Assembly: GCF_022539665.2 (NCBI RefSeq)
Contig: NC_081331.1
Location: forward strand, 9,548,001 to 9,612,000
Direction of reading: 5' to 3'
Source: Daphnia carinata
Taxonomy: Eukaryota
DNA: 64,000 bases
Positions 1 through 11,869 of this stretch are shown here, one piece after another. Position numbers and translations under genes: made by a program. The notes under the pieces were generated by a model that was not told where the DNA came from, made no database searches, and saw nothing but the letters and a program-made list of their open reading frames with translations. Position 1 is the stretch's first letter. Each line of letters begins with the position of its first letter.

Positions 1-1025
1 AGGAAAAGAATAATAACAAGTACTACCCAAGCACGCCGTTTTCCAAGTTTCATTGCCCATGCAAGTTAAATGAAGCGAATCCATCAGTCATAACAATTGT
101 CAATTAAGATTAAAATCAGGGAGTCAATTAAATCTAGTTAAAAAAAACTGTGAAATTGAATAATTTTAGAGGGGTATCTCCAAATACCTAAACTATCAGT
201 CTGCAAATACATTGATTGAGTACTAGACACTTAAACGATGATAGTAAATTTCCATACTTGAACGACTTAATTTCGCACGCCAACCATTGTTCTTCTGAAA
301 TTTTTCGCGAAGAATCACACAAACGAACGTCAGATCAAAACAAAAAGTTCACGCTGAGGAAAATGTTAACACAAACAATAAATGCACGGTGCGATTCGTG
401 ATGGTTTTCAACTAGGAACGATTTAGACAGGTGCGCAACTGTTGCGTCTGACATGGTCAAGGAGAAACAAAGGAATAAATGGTAGCAGAGTTGCATAAAG
501 AATTGCCCGGCTTTTCTTTCTTAAGAAAAAAAAAGGGGAAGGGCAATCTAACAAGAAAAGGTAATAAAAAGGGTAGTGGCAACCTTTTTCCTTTCTTTTC
601 TTTTTTCTGTGGGAGTGGCATGTTGAAAACACGTGAACAATAGTTCCTTTTGGACTTTGTTAAAAACATTAGGTTGGGTAAAAAACGGCGTATTTCAACT
701 ACGCTACGACTAATAAAGCAAATTCGGATTTTGTTTAAAGTTGGATTAGTTGCTGAGACTGACAAAGTCTTAATAAGGAGAATATATGCACATCAACAGT
801 TTTATGCTTGGTCAGTAAACAATTTATTTTGTCAATAAAATGGGATTTTTTTTTCTCACGCATGCGTATTCAAACTAAGTACTATAATATGCATTTAAGG
901 TACATTGTAGAAAGATGCTAAATGCAGATGAAAGGATAAACGGGTTTTCGTTTAAAACAAGTTCAGTCGTAACGGCGAAAGTTGCACACCGTAGGGATGT
1001 CCGAAAATAGGCTATTTGTTTATAT

Positions 1026-3236
1026 TCACTGTGTGGTTTTAATCAGCTGACGTAACGTCTGACTCGTGTATAAACACCACACAGGTGGAATACACAATCT
1101 GCCAAAGGAGGTGGTACCGACTTGAACGCCGTCAACGTAAATCGGACCGCCACTGTCACCCTATAAAATCAAATTTAAATTTAAATGTCGTTGTCTGCAT
1201 GGCAAACTCGATAGTGATTTGTTAATTTTTCTTGAGACGGTAACCTGGCAGGCGTCTCTCCCGTCTGCGGAGGCACACAACATAGCAGTGTTGTTGAACC
1301 TCGATCAGTATTCACTAGTGCAAACTGCATTATTTGAACAATGACGTCGGCCTTCAGCAATACGTCTGACCAGCTTCCTTCTATTGTGCCAACGAAAGAA
1401 GAAATCGCTTCATTAGGACAATAAAAATAACAAATACATTTGCAGCAATTTTGTTAACGGAATAGAGAATGTTTAACCCGAACAGGTTGCTCCCCATCCA
1501 GCGATGACGGCCGGTTTCTTGGCGTATAAAACTGTTTCTTTGGAGGTTTTGTTGTCGTCTTCATATATTCGCCGTTGTCTTTTTGGTGGTTGTCGGTTTT
1601 TTTTTGTGGTAGTCGGTTTTTTTGGTGGTCGTCGGTTTCTTGGTGGTCGTCGGTTTCTTGGTGGTCGTCGGTTTTTTGGTGGTTGTCGGTTTTTTAGTGG
1701 TCGTCGGTTGTTTTGTAGTAGTGGGTTTTTTGGTAGTAGTAGGTTTTGTGGTAGTTGTGGGTTCCGTTGTGGGTTCCGTTGGCGGTTCTGTTGGCGGTTC
1801 CGTTGCCGTTTCCGTAGGTGCATCCGTTTGCGGCTCTGTAGGTGCATCGGTAGGCGCATCCGTAATAGGCTCCGCTGTTGGCTGATCTGTTGTTGCGTCG
1901 TCCGTCGGAAGAGTGGTAAATGGGATATTCTTCACCGGTTCTCTCAACACTAGTAATGCGATGTCATTCGTCTACAATTAACGGGAGGGTTAAAGAACAC
2001 CATAGTCCCTTTCAAACAGATAATGAGCAGATCACTTGGAAGTCGAAAATATCTTTCACGAATAGAATTATCAAACTAATCGTTAACGTTTCTAATTGCA
2101 TCCTATAGTGGAAAATATTTTCATTTTCTATCGCAAACAGGTCAGCGTGCTTCTAGTACTACTAAACAGTATACAAAAGAAATTCAGTGTCGCATTTCTA
2201 ATTCTGCGCTTAGCTTTAAAGTATCATTAAAAATAGGAATAGCTTTTCTTTGTAAACGCTTACTTTAGTTGCATTGTCGTAAGCTTCGTGAATAATAACG
2301 GATGATACTCCTGTTGTAACGGAACCGTCTCCTCCACCGGAAATTGACAACGTGTTAAGATACACAACGAAGTTGGTAGGATCGGTGTTACTGAAATCAA
2401 GATGAATCCACGCGAAAGGGAACGGACGGTCCGAAAAAATAAAAGCATACATTAGAAATTGAAGTTGTTGCTGGAATAGTTCGTTAATATAGATTGTAAA
2501 GCGTCATCATCGGTTTACCCAAAAACACAATGAGCCGCTGTCACGATATGTAGGCTATTTCTCCAATCAAAGTTCCACCACACAAAGATCCACTCAAACT
2601 CAAACGGGCCTGAAAACGAAAAAAATACATAAATAAATAAAAAATTACACGACGGTGTACCGTATGGAAAAAAATATTAACATTTAACTGATTAAAACAG
2701 AAAACTGTCATCAAAATAATTCATTTGCATTGCAGGTTATTAGCTTACCAAGTTAGGAAATTCACCGGCGTTAGCGGGATTACCACCGACAATGGAAATA
2801 GTTGGCACGCCAGTCCCTGCAGTCCAACGAAAATCATTGTGGATTAAAAGAAATCAGGATTTCTTGCCAAAACAAAAATTTTGGGCTTTTTTGAACGTTT
2901 CTACTTGATATAAAATAAAAAGAAAACAAAAAAAAACGAACCAAAAACAAAAACAAATTTGAATAAAAAAAAAAGGATTGCAGCAATTCTGAACCGATTC
3001 TACGTATTTGGATTGATATCAAATTTAAACAAAACACAAAGGTTCTTACTATTGCCGGTACGGGGTGTGTGAGGATGCACGAAACCAACCAGCCAAATTA
3101 AGCCTAAAGCCTGTTCCGTTCAAACAGAGTTAAGTTCACTTTCAATTTACCACCACAGGCGAAAAAAAGAAGACAACATCCATTCTAGCTTAAAATAATA
3201 AAACGAAAATTGTTTTACCCAAGTGGTGAGACTCAT
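1026..3236 (-). pseudogene. Trypsin-like serine protease (S1A) with internal mucin-like insert, array copy 1; disrupted
   Basis: Manual splicing gives MSLTTW|ALGLIWLVGFVHP (signal peptide), TIS-IVGGNPANAGEFP, CGGTLI..VTAAHC, NDIALL, the Thr/Pro/Lys insert, AVIAGWG and GRDACQ|GDSGGP (Ser codon 1152-1154). Relative to copy 2 it has a 5-nt frameshifting insertion near 2550-2560, frameshifts in the repeat exon (~1560-1620), a 1-bp deletion plus an in-frame TGA in the 1245-1380 exon, and several 1-bp deletions in the last exon. Confidence 0.85.
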
Positions 3237-5043
3237 TGTGAAGAATGTACAGCAGATCAGAGGAGAGTCACCAGTATCTCGAAAGCACAGCTAGACAGCG
3301 ATGGCGATCGACGAATGATCATCGTGTTCCAGCGTCTCCTTTTTTTTATTTCAACTGCGTTTGTCCCACAAATTTTGGCAGCTTTCCATCTTTACTGAAA
3401 AACAGATCGGTTTGCCCACGCATTTGAAAAGTTTGAATCCAGATAAATGTGACTAACAGAAATGAATTTTAAAAACATGGAGGTGGGAATCACTCGTGGA
3501 GCGCACATGTGTCTCGCTCCTGTAAGTTTGGCCACCTTCGCTGACGTAAATGTCATACAGTATCCAGGAGCTACATAAGTGCATTGGTCGAAATTTCATT
3601 GCACTTTTATTGGTTTAGTTATACTGTATCGGGGGTCCACGCACGTCGTGCCTTTATTGCTTTCCAGTTTCAACAGATAATTCGTATCTGAAACGGAAAA
3701 CAAGGTAGGCCTAAATGGAACTAATTACAATAATTCTACAACTTTACAGACATAAGATATGAATCAATTGCAGTAAACAGGACAAGCTTTCAATATACAT
3801 TATGAAATGTAGCTACGTGAAAAAATCCCAGGTGAAGTCAAACATCATGTACACAAGTTAAATACACGATGGGCTAGACTGCCTGAATTTGTAGCTAATT
3901 TAAAATTTAATTTAAAGGTAATGTAATATACCTTAAATTTGAGACAAATCAAAGTGTTAATAAACAGTCTATTGCTCAGCACGATCTTCCATTAAGGTCA
4001 TCCATTGGGCAAGGCTGTCCAGTATCCGTGAAAAGAACACGGACAGGCCCTGGACATGCTGGGATAGGGCTTAGAAATGATGACGTGTACACATGCTTTC
4101 AGCGTTAAAGGAAAAATTGCAAATAAACAAAGAATTGCCTAGTGAAAGATTTATTAATATGACATACATTTTCATTTCTGAATGCAACACTAAAATGAAC
4201 GGTTTGTACAAAGAGAATATTGGTCTAATATTGGTTCAACACAGAAGAATTCACGTTGAGCTTAAAGGAAATAAACGCAGAACTGAAACAGGGGTCGATT
4301 CATGATCACGTTGAAACAAAACAAAAAAAAAAGATGGGATGGTTGAGAAACGGTTGCGTAGGCCTACTACATGCTCAACGGTAATGATGGAACTGAAGGA
4401 CAGAAGTATTACTTGTAACAATTTGGCCCGGTATTACTTTGGTCAGAGAAAGAGGAGGAAAGGCCATCTAAATAGTAAGGAAGAAGCAGGGAAGTGGTAG
4501 CCTTTCTTCTTTTTTTTTGTTTTCTTCACTTTACAAGTTGCAAATTACGTCAAAAGACAATTAATTATTAATTATTTCTGACGACCTTGGGCGAAGGAAT
4601 CTTAAAGTTAATTACGTTTCCATATTGCATTAACTTAGACCTGTCCACGCTTTTTTGTATGGAATAGCGTTGCAGTGGGTTCCCTGTGATTATTTTTATC
4701 AAAGTTACGACACACATTACTGTTCCAATTAAAGAATTTGAAAAACATTCACGGGTGTATGTAAATGGCTGCGACACAGGTCTGGAACACTATTTGTCCA
4801 CACGTACACCACCTGCATACTTATGAACCAGTAAATGGCCAGTAACATACTGTAGTTCCGTTTAGTCAGCCATACTCAACGCAGAGGAAAGATGGTTGCT
4901 TCATTAGCGGATGATGAGTACTAGTAACACTGTGCTGATGCAAATTTGAAATGTGCTACAATAGAGGAGGGGGTAGGGGAGAGGCAGGGGAAGAGGCCGT
5001 AATCGTAAGAGACAAACACACCGTCAGCTTTATGGTTGATCAG

Positions 5044-5540
5044 TGTTCCTATGGATGTGGAACCAGTAAAATAGATTGCTAGACAGCTCTCTCTCTCTCT
5101 CTTGCCATAGAGTTTATTTTAGACTGATGAATGATGAGTGATGAACGGTGAGAGTATATAGAATATGACGATGTACATGAGACGCGTGTGGTACCTGAGA
5201 AGGATCAGCATGGTTAGGAACAATAGGGGAAAAAGACAGTAAAGTATAAGTCTACCTGAGAAACCAGAAAGCTTATCGGGTAATTTGTTTAACACACACA
5301 CACACATGCACCGAGCATACAATACAGATAGCTGAGACCTGCTAGGCTTCGAGAAAGATGGGAAAAGAGTAAAGGGAGTCGCACTCACGACAGTGAAATT
5401 CTCCAGAAAGAGCAGAGTTACCTAAACTAACGCAACATGGTCGAATAACAGACGACATTAATAAAGATGAAAGGAGGGGAATAACGACAGGAGGGGTAGG
5501 CGTAGGTGCCAGATTAAATTATTGCGATTTCGCGGAAACA
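5044..5540 (-). repeat. 3' LTR (497 bp)
   Basis: Direct repeat of 11160-11656 with only two substitutions seen (c/t near 5255/11371, t/a near 5394/11510). On the minus strand it carries TATA-like (5155-5161), Inr TCAGTC (5122-5127) and AATAAA (5113-5118) motifs. Confidence 0.97.
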
Positions 5541-8500
5541 TCCTCTCCCGAGGCCGGAACGGCTGAGTTAGTTTCAAGCAGGCACAGTTCTGTAATTCCG
5601 CGGCGGAAGACTCCGGACGGAAGTTGAACCTCCACTGATCTCACGCAGCCGTCAGGGCCCGGAAATACTTGGACGACATGCCCGATGCTCCATACACCTC
5701 GTTCGAAACCCTTGTTGATTTCCAACACGACGTCTCCAATTTCCAGATTTGGACGGCGAGTTTACCACTTCTTCCTCGCAGCCAAGGATTGTAAATAGAC
5801 GGTCTTCCAAATATCCCAGAATAAGTTGAGGGCGCGTTGTAGATATCGGTAATGATCTCTTGGCTGTGCATCACTATACAATCCGGCGGGTGGGTAAGCA
5901 GTGGGAGCTCTATTCAGGAAGTCGTTGGGCGTCAACGGGCGGAAGTCGGAAGGATCCGAGCTTGCGTAGGTCAATGGACGAGTATTCAAGAGCCCAGCTA
6001 CCTCGTAGAGTAGAGTACGCAGAAGATCTTCTGATGGATAACGAAAATCTCCTTTCTCTTGCTCCAGAGCGTTGTAGAGCGCTCTCTTTGTAGACTTGAC
6101 TAATGATTCATGGGCCCCGCCAAAATGCGGAGTCCGTGGAGGCTGAAATGTCCATTTTATGCGGGAAGCCTGCATGTACTTTGGAAGCTCTTCGGATGCA
6201 TACAATGCGTCGGTTGCTTCACGCAGCTCTCTTTCCGCACCAACGAAATTGGTCCCGTTGTCAGAGTGCAGAACTTCTGGACTGCGATACATGGCGACGA
6301 ATTTTCTGAGAGAAAGAAGAAAGTCAGAAGAGGACAACGACGGCACCAACTCCAAGAAAACGGCACGGGTGACGAGACAAGTATACAGCACACTCCAACG
6401 TTTTGCGGTTTTGTTTCGATACAATCCGATTTCTAGTGGACCGAATAAGTCCACAGCAGCTCGAGTGAAAGGGATAGAACCAAAATCGAGACGAGACTCC
6501 GTTAGATCCGCCATTATCTGCTCACCCGGCTGCGCGTGGTTGCGTCGGCAGATTACACAGTCGCGTCGAATCTTCTTGACCACTTCTCGGCCTTTAGTCA
6601 CCCAAAAATGTTGGCGAATATAACTCAAAAGAAAGTCTGTTCCGACGTGGTTTAGACTCTGATGAAAAGCGACGACGATCCTCTCCGTAAAGGGATGCCG
6701 ACCCGGAAGAAATGGTGGATGTAGCTGATCATACGGCAAGCGCGCCCGACCGGCACGCCCGCCTAAACGAAGTAGTCCGTCTTCACTCAGGATCGGTGCA
6801 AGCGCTAGAAGAGAGGAGGTGGAGGAGAGCGCCTTCTTCTTTCGAAGTCGATGTAGTTCCTCGGCGAACGACTCTTCTTGGCACTGACGAACAAGACCCA
6901 GGAATTTTCCCTCCAACGCACACAGCTGCGGAATGTCACTGGGTGTGAGCTGGACCTTGGAGCAATCCGTTTTCTCCACTTGGGCCGCGGAACACACTCG
7001 AACCGTCCGCATTTCTTCCTTGATCTTCATCCATGGAAGGTCGACTGGCCATTTGTCTTCATGCTGTAAAAGGAAATCTGGTCCGTTCAGCCATATGGCC
7101 GGGAAGATATCCCCATCCAAAGCGGATCGAGTGGCAGCATCGGCAGGGTTGAGCCGCCCAGGCACAAATCTCCACTCGCCTTCGTCGGTAATCGTTTGTA
7201 TCTCCCCGATTCGATTACTCACAAAAACTTGATAGTTGGCTGCAGCGGTGCGAATCCAGTTGCGCACCGTACTGGAATCTGTCCAGAATCGACGACGATG
7301 AATATGGGCTGGTAGAGCTTGCTGCACGGCTTGGGTCATACGGGCGCCTAACAATGCGGCGTTCAGCTCAAGTTTCGGCACCGATATGGTCTTTTTAGGG
7401 GCAAGCTTATTGGTCGCCTTCACCTGCCGAATCACCACTTGGCCACTGGAGAAAACACTCCGGACATAAAGGACGGCCGCATACGCCTCTTCCGACGCGT
7501 CGCAGAATGTATGAAGTTCCGACGACTCAAGGATTTCACGATTTGGAAATAAGCAACGGGGCATCGCAACTCGGTTCAGACATTGCAACTCTTTGAACCA
7601 GAGAAGCCACCAGCTCGCGTCTTCTTCGCCTACTACGTCCGTCCATTGTAGTCCGCTCTGTCCCAGCATTCTGAGACGGATTTTTGCCTTCACGATAATC
7701 GGCGATGCGGTGCCCAAGGGGTCGAAAACTCCGGCTACTCGACTGGCCAGCTCCATCTTGGTGAACTTGACATCGGGCGCTTCGACAACTTTAAAACCCA
7801 AAGTGTCGGAATGAACGTCTCAGAAAACCCCTAGGACCTTTTCCTCACAATTGCTCCCCAACTGATGAATATTTGATGAACTCAGTCTGGTGCTGACGGT
7901 CATCTGCTGCAGGAAGTCGGGCGAGTTGGACACCCAACGTTGAAGGTTCAAATCCGCGTCCGCTAGCATTTTTCTCACGGCGGGCGCTTCTTGTACAGCT
8001 TCTTGAACGGTTGGCGCGGAGCTCAGATAATCATCCACGTACATCCGTTCTCGAACAGCAACGGCCACCCTTTCCTCTACTCCAGCGTCTTCTGCAATCC
8101 GCTGGATCGTATGAATGGCTACAAACGGGGAACAACTTGCTCCGAAAGGCAACCTATCCATCTTGTACGTCACCATGTTGCCAGATGGTTTCTGTCTCCA
8201 TAAGAAACAGAAAAATCTCGCATCTTCCGCAGATAGACGAAGGCGACTAAACATCGCCTCAATGTCTGAAGCCCAGGCACACTCTTCCTGCCGGAAACGG
8301 GTGATAACGGCCGCCAGCGCTGGTTGCAGTGCTGGTCCTCCTATGATGGCGTCGTTGAGAGCTTTCCCTCTGAAGGGGGCGGCAGCATCGAACACAACTC
8401 TCAGCTTCGTCCCTTTATAAACGCCGTGGTGGGCGAGAAAATATTTCGCGTCAGCCGGATCCTCCACACGGGATGCGTACCCTTGGTCCAGGGTCTTCTG

Positions 8501-10998
8501 CATGGCGGCCTCATAATCCCGTTCGAGTTCCGGCTGATGTTGAAATCTCCTCAGTAGACTCTGGAAACGATTGACGGCCATGGCTCTATTGTTCGGGAGG
8601 TCCGGTTCCCCCTCTCTCCAAATGATAGGAACCTCGTAACCGACGGCTAATTTTCGTGTCTTCCCCTTCACGAGCGCCATAGCTCTCTGATTATCGGGAG
8701 ATAGACAGCCTTGCTTGCATTCCGTTCCGAACGCCTCCGTGTCGCAGAAGCGACGCATCTCAGAAGTCAACCGGTCTAATTGGGTCCGGCCGGCAATAAT
8801 GAAACTGCGCACTGCCGGGGCATGAGCCTCTCTGTTGGTAACGCCTCGAATAATCCATCCGAGACGAGTCCTGGACGCGATCGGCTCGAAATCTTCACCT
8901 TCTCTCGACTCTCGGGCGGCAAGTAGGTGTAGATGGTCCGTCCCGATGAGGATGTCAACCTTGCCTCCTACCTCTCCTACTGGCAGATCTCGTAAATGGG
9001 GCCACCGCATTTTCTCTTTGTTCCAGTCGGTTGTCGGAGCTGGACTTGCCACCTTCTTCATGGTAGACCCCTCGAGAGTGATGATCTCACCGGATTCGGC
9101 ACGTAACTGGAAGTGTATAAGTTCGGATGGGTAACTGGTCACCACGCCACCAGCACCATCTACGGTAAGGACCTGCGGAGAGCCTCGGATTTTGAGTGAT
9201 GTGGCAAAGGCGCTGCGCACCAGGGTAGTGTCGCTCCCCTCACCGGTGAAGATGTTGGCCCAGCACCAACCCCCGTTGCTTCCTTGTACCTGCAGTCGCA
9301 GCATGCCCAGCGCAACTCGATGTTCTTTCTCCGCTCGGGCCGTAGATGGACGAACGGTCTTAACCGGCAACTTCTCTGAATCGTGTAGTAAAGGGTGATG
9401 GGTGTAGCGACAATCGGTGTGTTTGCATGGACGGCTTGTTGGACATTCACGGACAGAATGCTTGCAGCTAAAACAGTTGAAGCAAAGTCGTCGTCTCGTG
9501 CAAAACTGAATCTTCTCGCCAATGGGAAGTGCCTTGAAGTCCTTACAATCAGACAGCCGATGCCCCTTCTCGCACTTGAAGCAATAAGGTTTATTAGACT
9601 GCATGTCGATACCTCCTTCATGAGTTTTTGATGACGCCTGGTGAATTCTCGTTCGCCGCGGGTTGAATCCTTTGTTCATCGGAGCGGAGAAATTAGCTTG
9701 ACTGACAGCGATACTATATGCGTTTTGGTAGGCTGATGCTCTCGAACAGAGCCAGGTTCCAAAATCGTTCAGACTCCGTCGCTCCAGGCGGCCGTGTCGC
9801 TCTTCGTTCCAAGCGAGTCTGTCTTGAAGGTTCAATTTCAGGCATATTTTCTCTATCACGTCGGCGGTGGACATCTCCCCAATTCGGCTAAGATCGAACA
9901 GACGGGAACGAACTCTTTCGGCAAATCTTTTGAATGCTCCGGCTTCACCTTTAAGTTCCAGTCGGTCGAGAGCCTGAAGATGGGCCGCTCTCATGACGTC
10001 GCGACGCCAATAAGTCTCTTTCAAACGCACCAACGCTTGAATATAGTCCGTCTCGCCACCGCCTAAACCATACACCACGTCAAGACATTCGTCTTCCAGA
10101 TATCGCTTCAGGAGGGCCAATTTTTCCCCTGGCGACTTTGGAGTGTCATGTACCAAGGCCCGAAAGAGGTCAATCCATTCGAACCACTCCAAAGATTTCC
10201 CTCGATAGGACGCGAGTTCCGCCGAGACTGCAGAACGGGCAGAAAGGTTGTTGGAGACCGGGGGTAGCAGACCGGCGCTGTATTGGTCAATCCAATCGTC
10301 AGGTGTTTCTTGTTTGTTGTTGATGCGCCGTTGCTGCGCAAGCCATTCATTCACCAGAGGATCTGCGTTAGCCACTTGCTGGCTGACGGAAGAAAACTGA
10401 TCCGGATCCGTTGGTCGAACGGTCAACTGCCTTAAGGCCGCCTGGGCCGCCTCGCACTCTTCCCGAACTTGGTTGGCGCGTTCTCGAGCTTCATCACATC
10501 TCCTTTGGGCGATGGTCAGCTCTTCTAGACGGACCTGCTCTCTACGTTGAATCTCATACGGTGGGACAGTAGGGGCTACGGGAACGTTGTCGACGAAGTC
10601 AATCTCAGACGCAGCTTCACCTTCTCTGCTAGTCAAGTAGGCCTTGGCTGCTTCGGTAATCTCTCCGGCTCGAGTTACGTACGTGAGGTGGAGGTTATCT
10701 TGACGTTCTGCCTCTTCGTCGTCCTCCAGGGCCGAAAAATGTTCCGTTGTAGAAGGGACGCTCTGAGCAGAAGCTCATCACAGTGACGAAGTAGGCCCAG
10801 TATTGCTCCTCTTGAGCCTCTACTAGTAATCAGAGTCTCTATTCTTCTCCCCGTCGTAGTGATTTGTCGACGGAGTGTCCTCCTCTTAAGTTTTGCTTCT
10901 CTCGCCCGTGCTTCCGTCCGATTAGTTGTAGACGCAGCGTCCTCTTCTTCAAGTCTTGAAGCATCTTCCAGTGGTTGTTGAACAACTCGGTCGGTCAT
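5519..10998 (-). pseudogene. BEL/Pao gag-pol polyprotein, interrupted
   Basis: ORF pieces 10675-10998, 7820-10636, 5762-7801 and 5519-5728. Motifs: CFKC..H..C / CFNC...H...C / C....C...HHPLLH (Gag), YVDD (RT), LHTFCDASEEAYAAV (RNase H), H..H..CVIC plus VDLFGP, SDNGTNF, FGGAHE (integrase). Lesions: frameshift near 10740 and in-frame stops at 7820-7822 and 5762-5764. Confidence 0.93.
5541..5550 (-). other. Polypurine tract
   Basis: Minus strand CGGGAGAGGA directly abuts the 3' LTR. Confidence 0.8.
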
Positions 10999-11140
10999 GG
11001 TGGAAGTTCCCGGCTGTCTGACGACGAGATGTAGGCTTGTGTGGTTGTAGAGGATTTAGAAGACTTGGCCAACAAGGATTGCTGGGCATTAACTGATCAC
11101 AGAGGCCTGGAATGAGTGTGGCCAACAAAGGGTTGTTGGC

Positions 11141-11157
11141 TCCGGATCGAAGGACCA
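11141..11157 (-). other. Primer binding site, tRNA-Tyr-like
   Basis: Minus strand TGGTCCTTCGATCCGGA, 2 nt after the 5' LTR; complementary with one mismatch to the eukaryotic tRNA-Tyr 3' end (...TCCGGCTCGAAGGACCA, recalled from memory). Confidence 0.85.
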
Positions 11158-11159
11158 AA

Positions 11160-11656
11160 TGTTCCTATGGATGTGGAACCAGTAAAATAGATTGCTAGAC
11201 AGCTCTCTCTCTCTCTCTTGCCATAGAGTTTATTTTAGACTGATGAATGATGAGTGATGAACGGTGAGAGTATATAGAATATGACGATGTACATGAGACG
11301 CGTGTGGTACCTGAGAAGGATCAGCATGGTTAGGAACAATAGGGGAAAAAGACAGTAAAGTATAAGTCTATCTGAGAAACCAGAAAGCTTATCGGGTAAT
11401 TTGTTTAACACACACACACACATGCACCGAGCATACAATACAGATAGCTGAGACCTGCTAGGCTTCGAGAAAGATGGGAAAAGAGTAAAGGGAGTCGCAC
11501 TCACGACAGAGAAATTCTCCAGAAAGAGCAGAGTTACCTAAACTAACGCAACATGGTCGAATAACAGACGACATTAATAAAGATGAAAGGAGGGGAATAA
11601 CGACAGGAGGGGTAGGCGTAGGTGCCAGATTAAATTATTGCGATTTCGCGGAAACA
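11160..11656 (-). repeat. 5' LTR (497 bp)
   Basis: Direct repeat of 5044-5540; directly followed on the minus strand by the PBS. Confidence 0.97.
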
Positions 11657-11668
11657 ATCAGTAAAGAA

Positions 11669-11674
11669 TTTATT
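11669..11674 (-). terminator. Putative polyadenylation signal (AATAAA) of protease copy 2
   Basis: AATAAA on the minus strand about 200 nt after the stop codon; the equivalent TTTATT occurs in the paralogous units (~823 and ~15646). Confidence 0.6.
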
Positions 11675-11869
11675 TTCCCAATACAATGGGGTTGTTTTTT
11701 TCTCACGCGTGCATAATCAAACTAAATACCATAATATACATTCGGCATACATTTAAAAAATACGCTGAATGCGGGTGAAAGGGCAAAAAGGTTTTCGTTT
11801 AAAATAAGTTCAGTCGCAACGGCGAACGCTGCCACCGTATGGATTTATAGATGAAGATTGATAAGATAT

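Larger units (their letters stand above)
5044..11656 (-). mobile_element. Full-length BEL/Pao-family LTR retrotransposon (about 6.6 kb), coding region defective
   Basis: Two 497-bp direct LTRs with TGTT...AACA ends; 5-bp target-site duplication ATCAG at 5039-5043 and 11657-11661; PBS and PPT present; domain order Gag (three Cys/His knuckles)-protease-RT-RNase H-integrase, as typical of BEL/Pao. Confidence 0.97.

Noticed and set aside
1570..1760. 18-bp tandem repeats as a CRISPR array
   Set aside because: No unique spacers; they are codon-phased repeats encoding KKPTTT.
5119..5388. Duplicated 89-aa ORF (also 11235-11504) as a gene or env
   Set aside because: Lies wholly inside the LTRs, has a non-ATG start and crosses a (CA)n tract.
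11141..11157. tRNA gene
   Set aside because: Only the 17-nt 3'-end match is present; it is the retroelement PBS and there is no cloverleaf.
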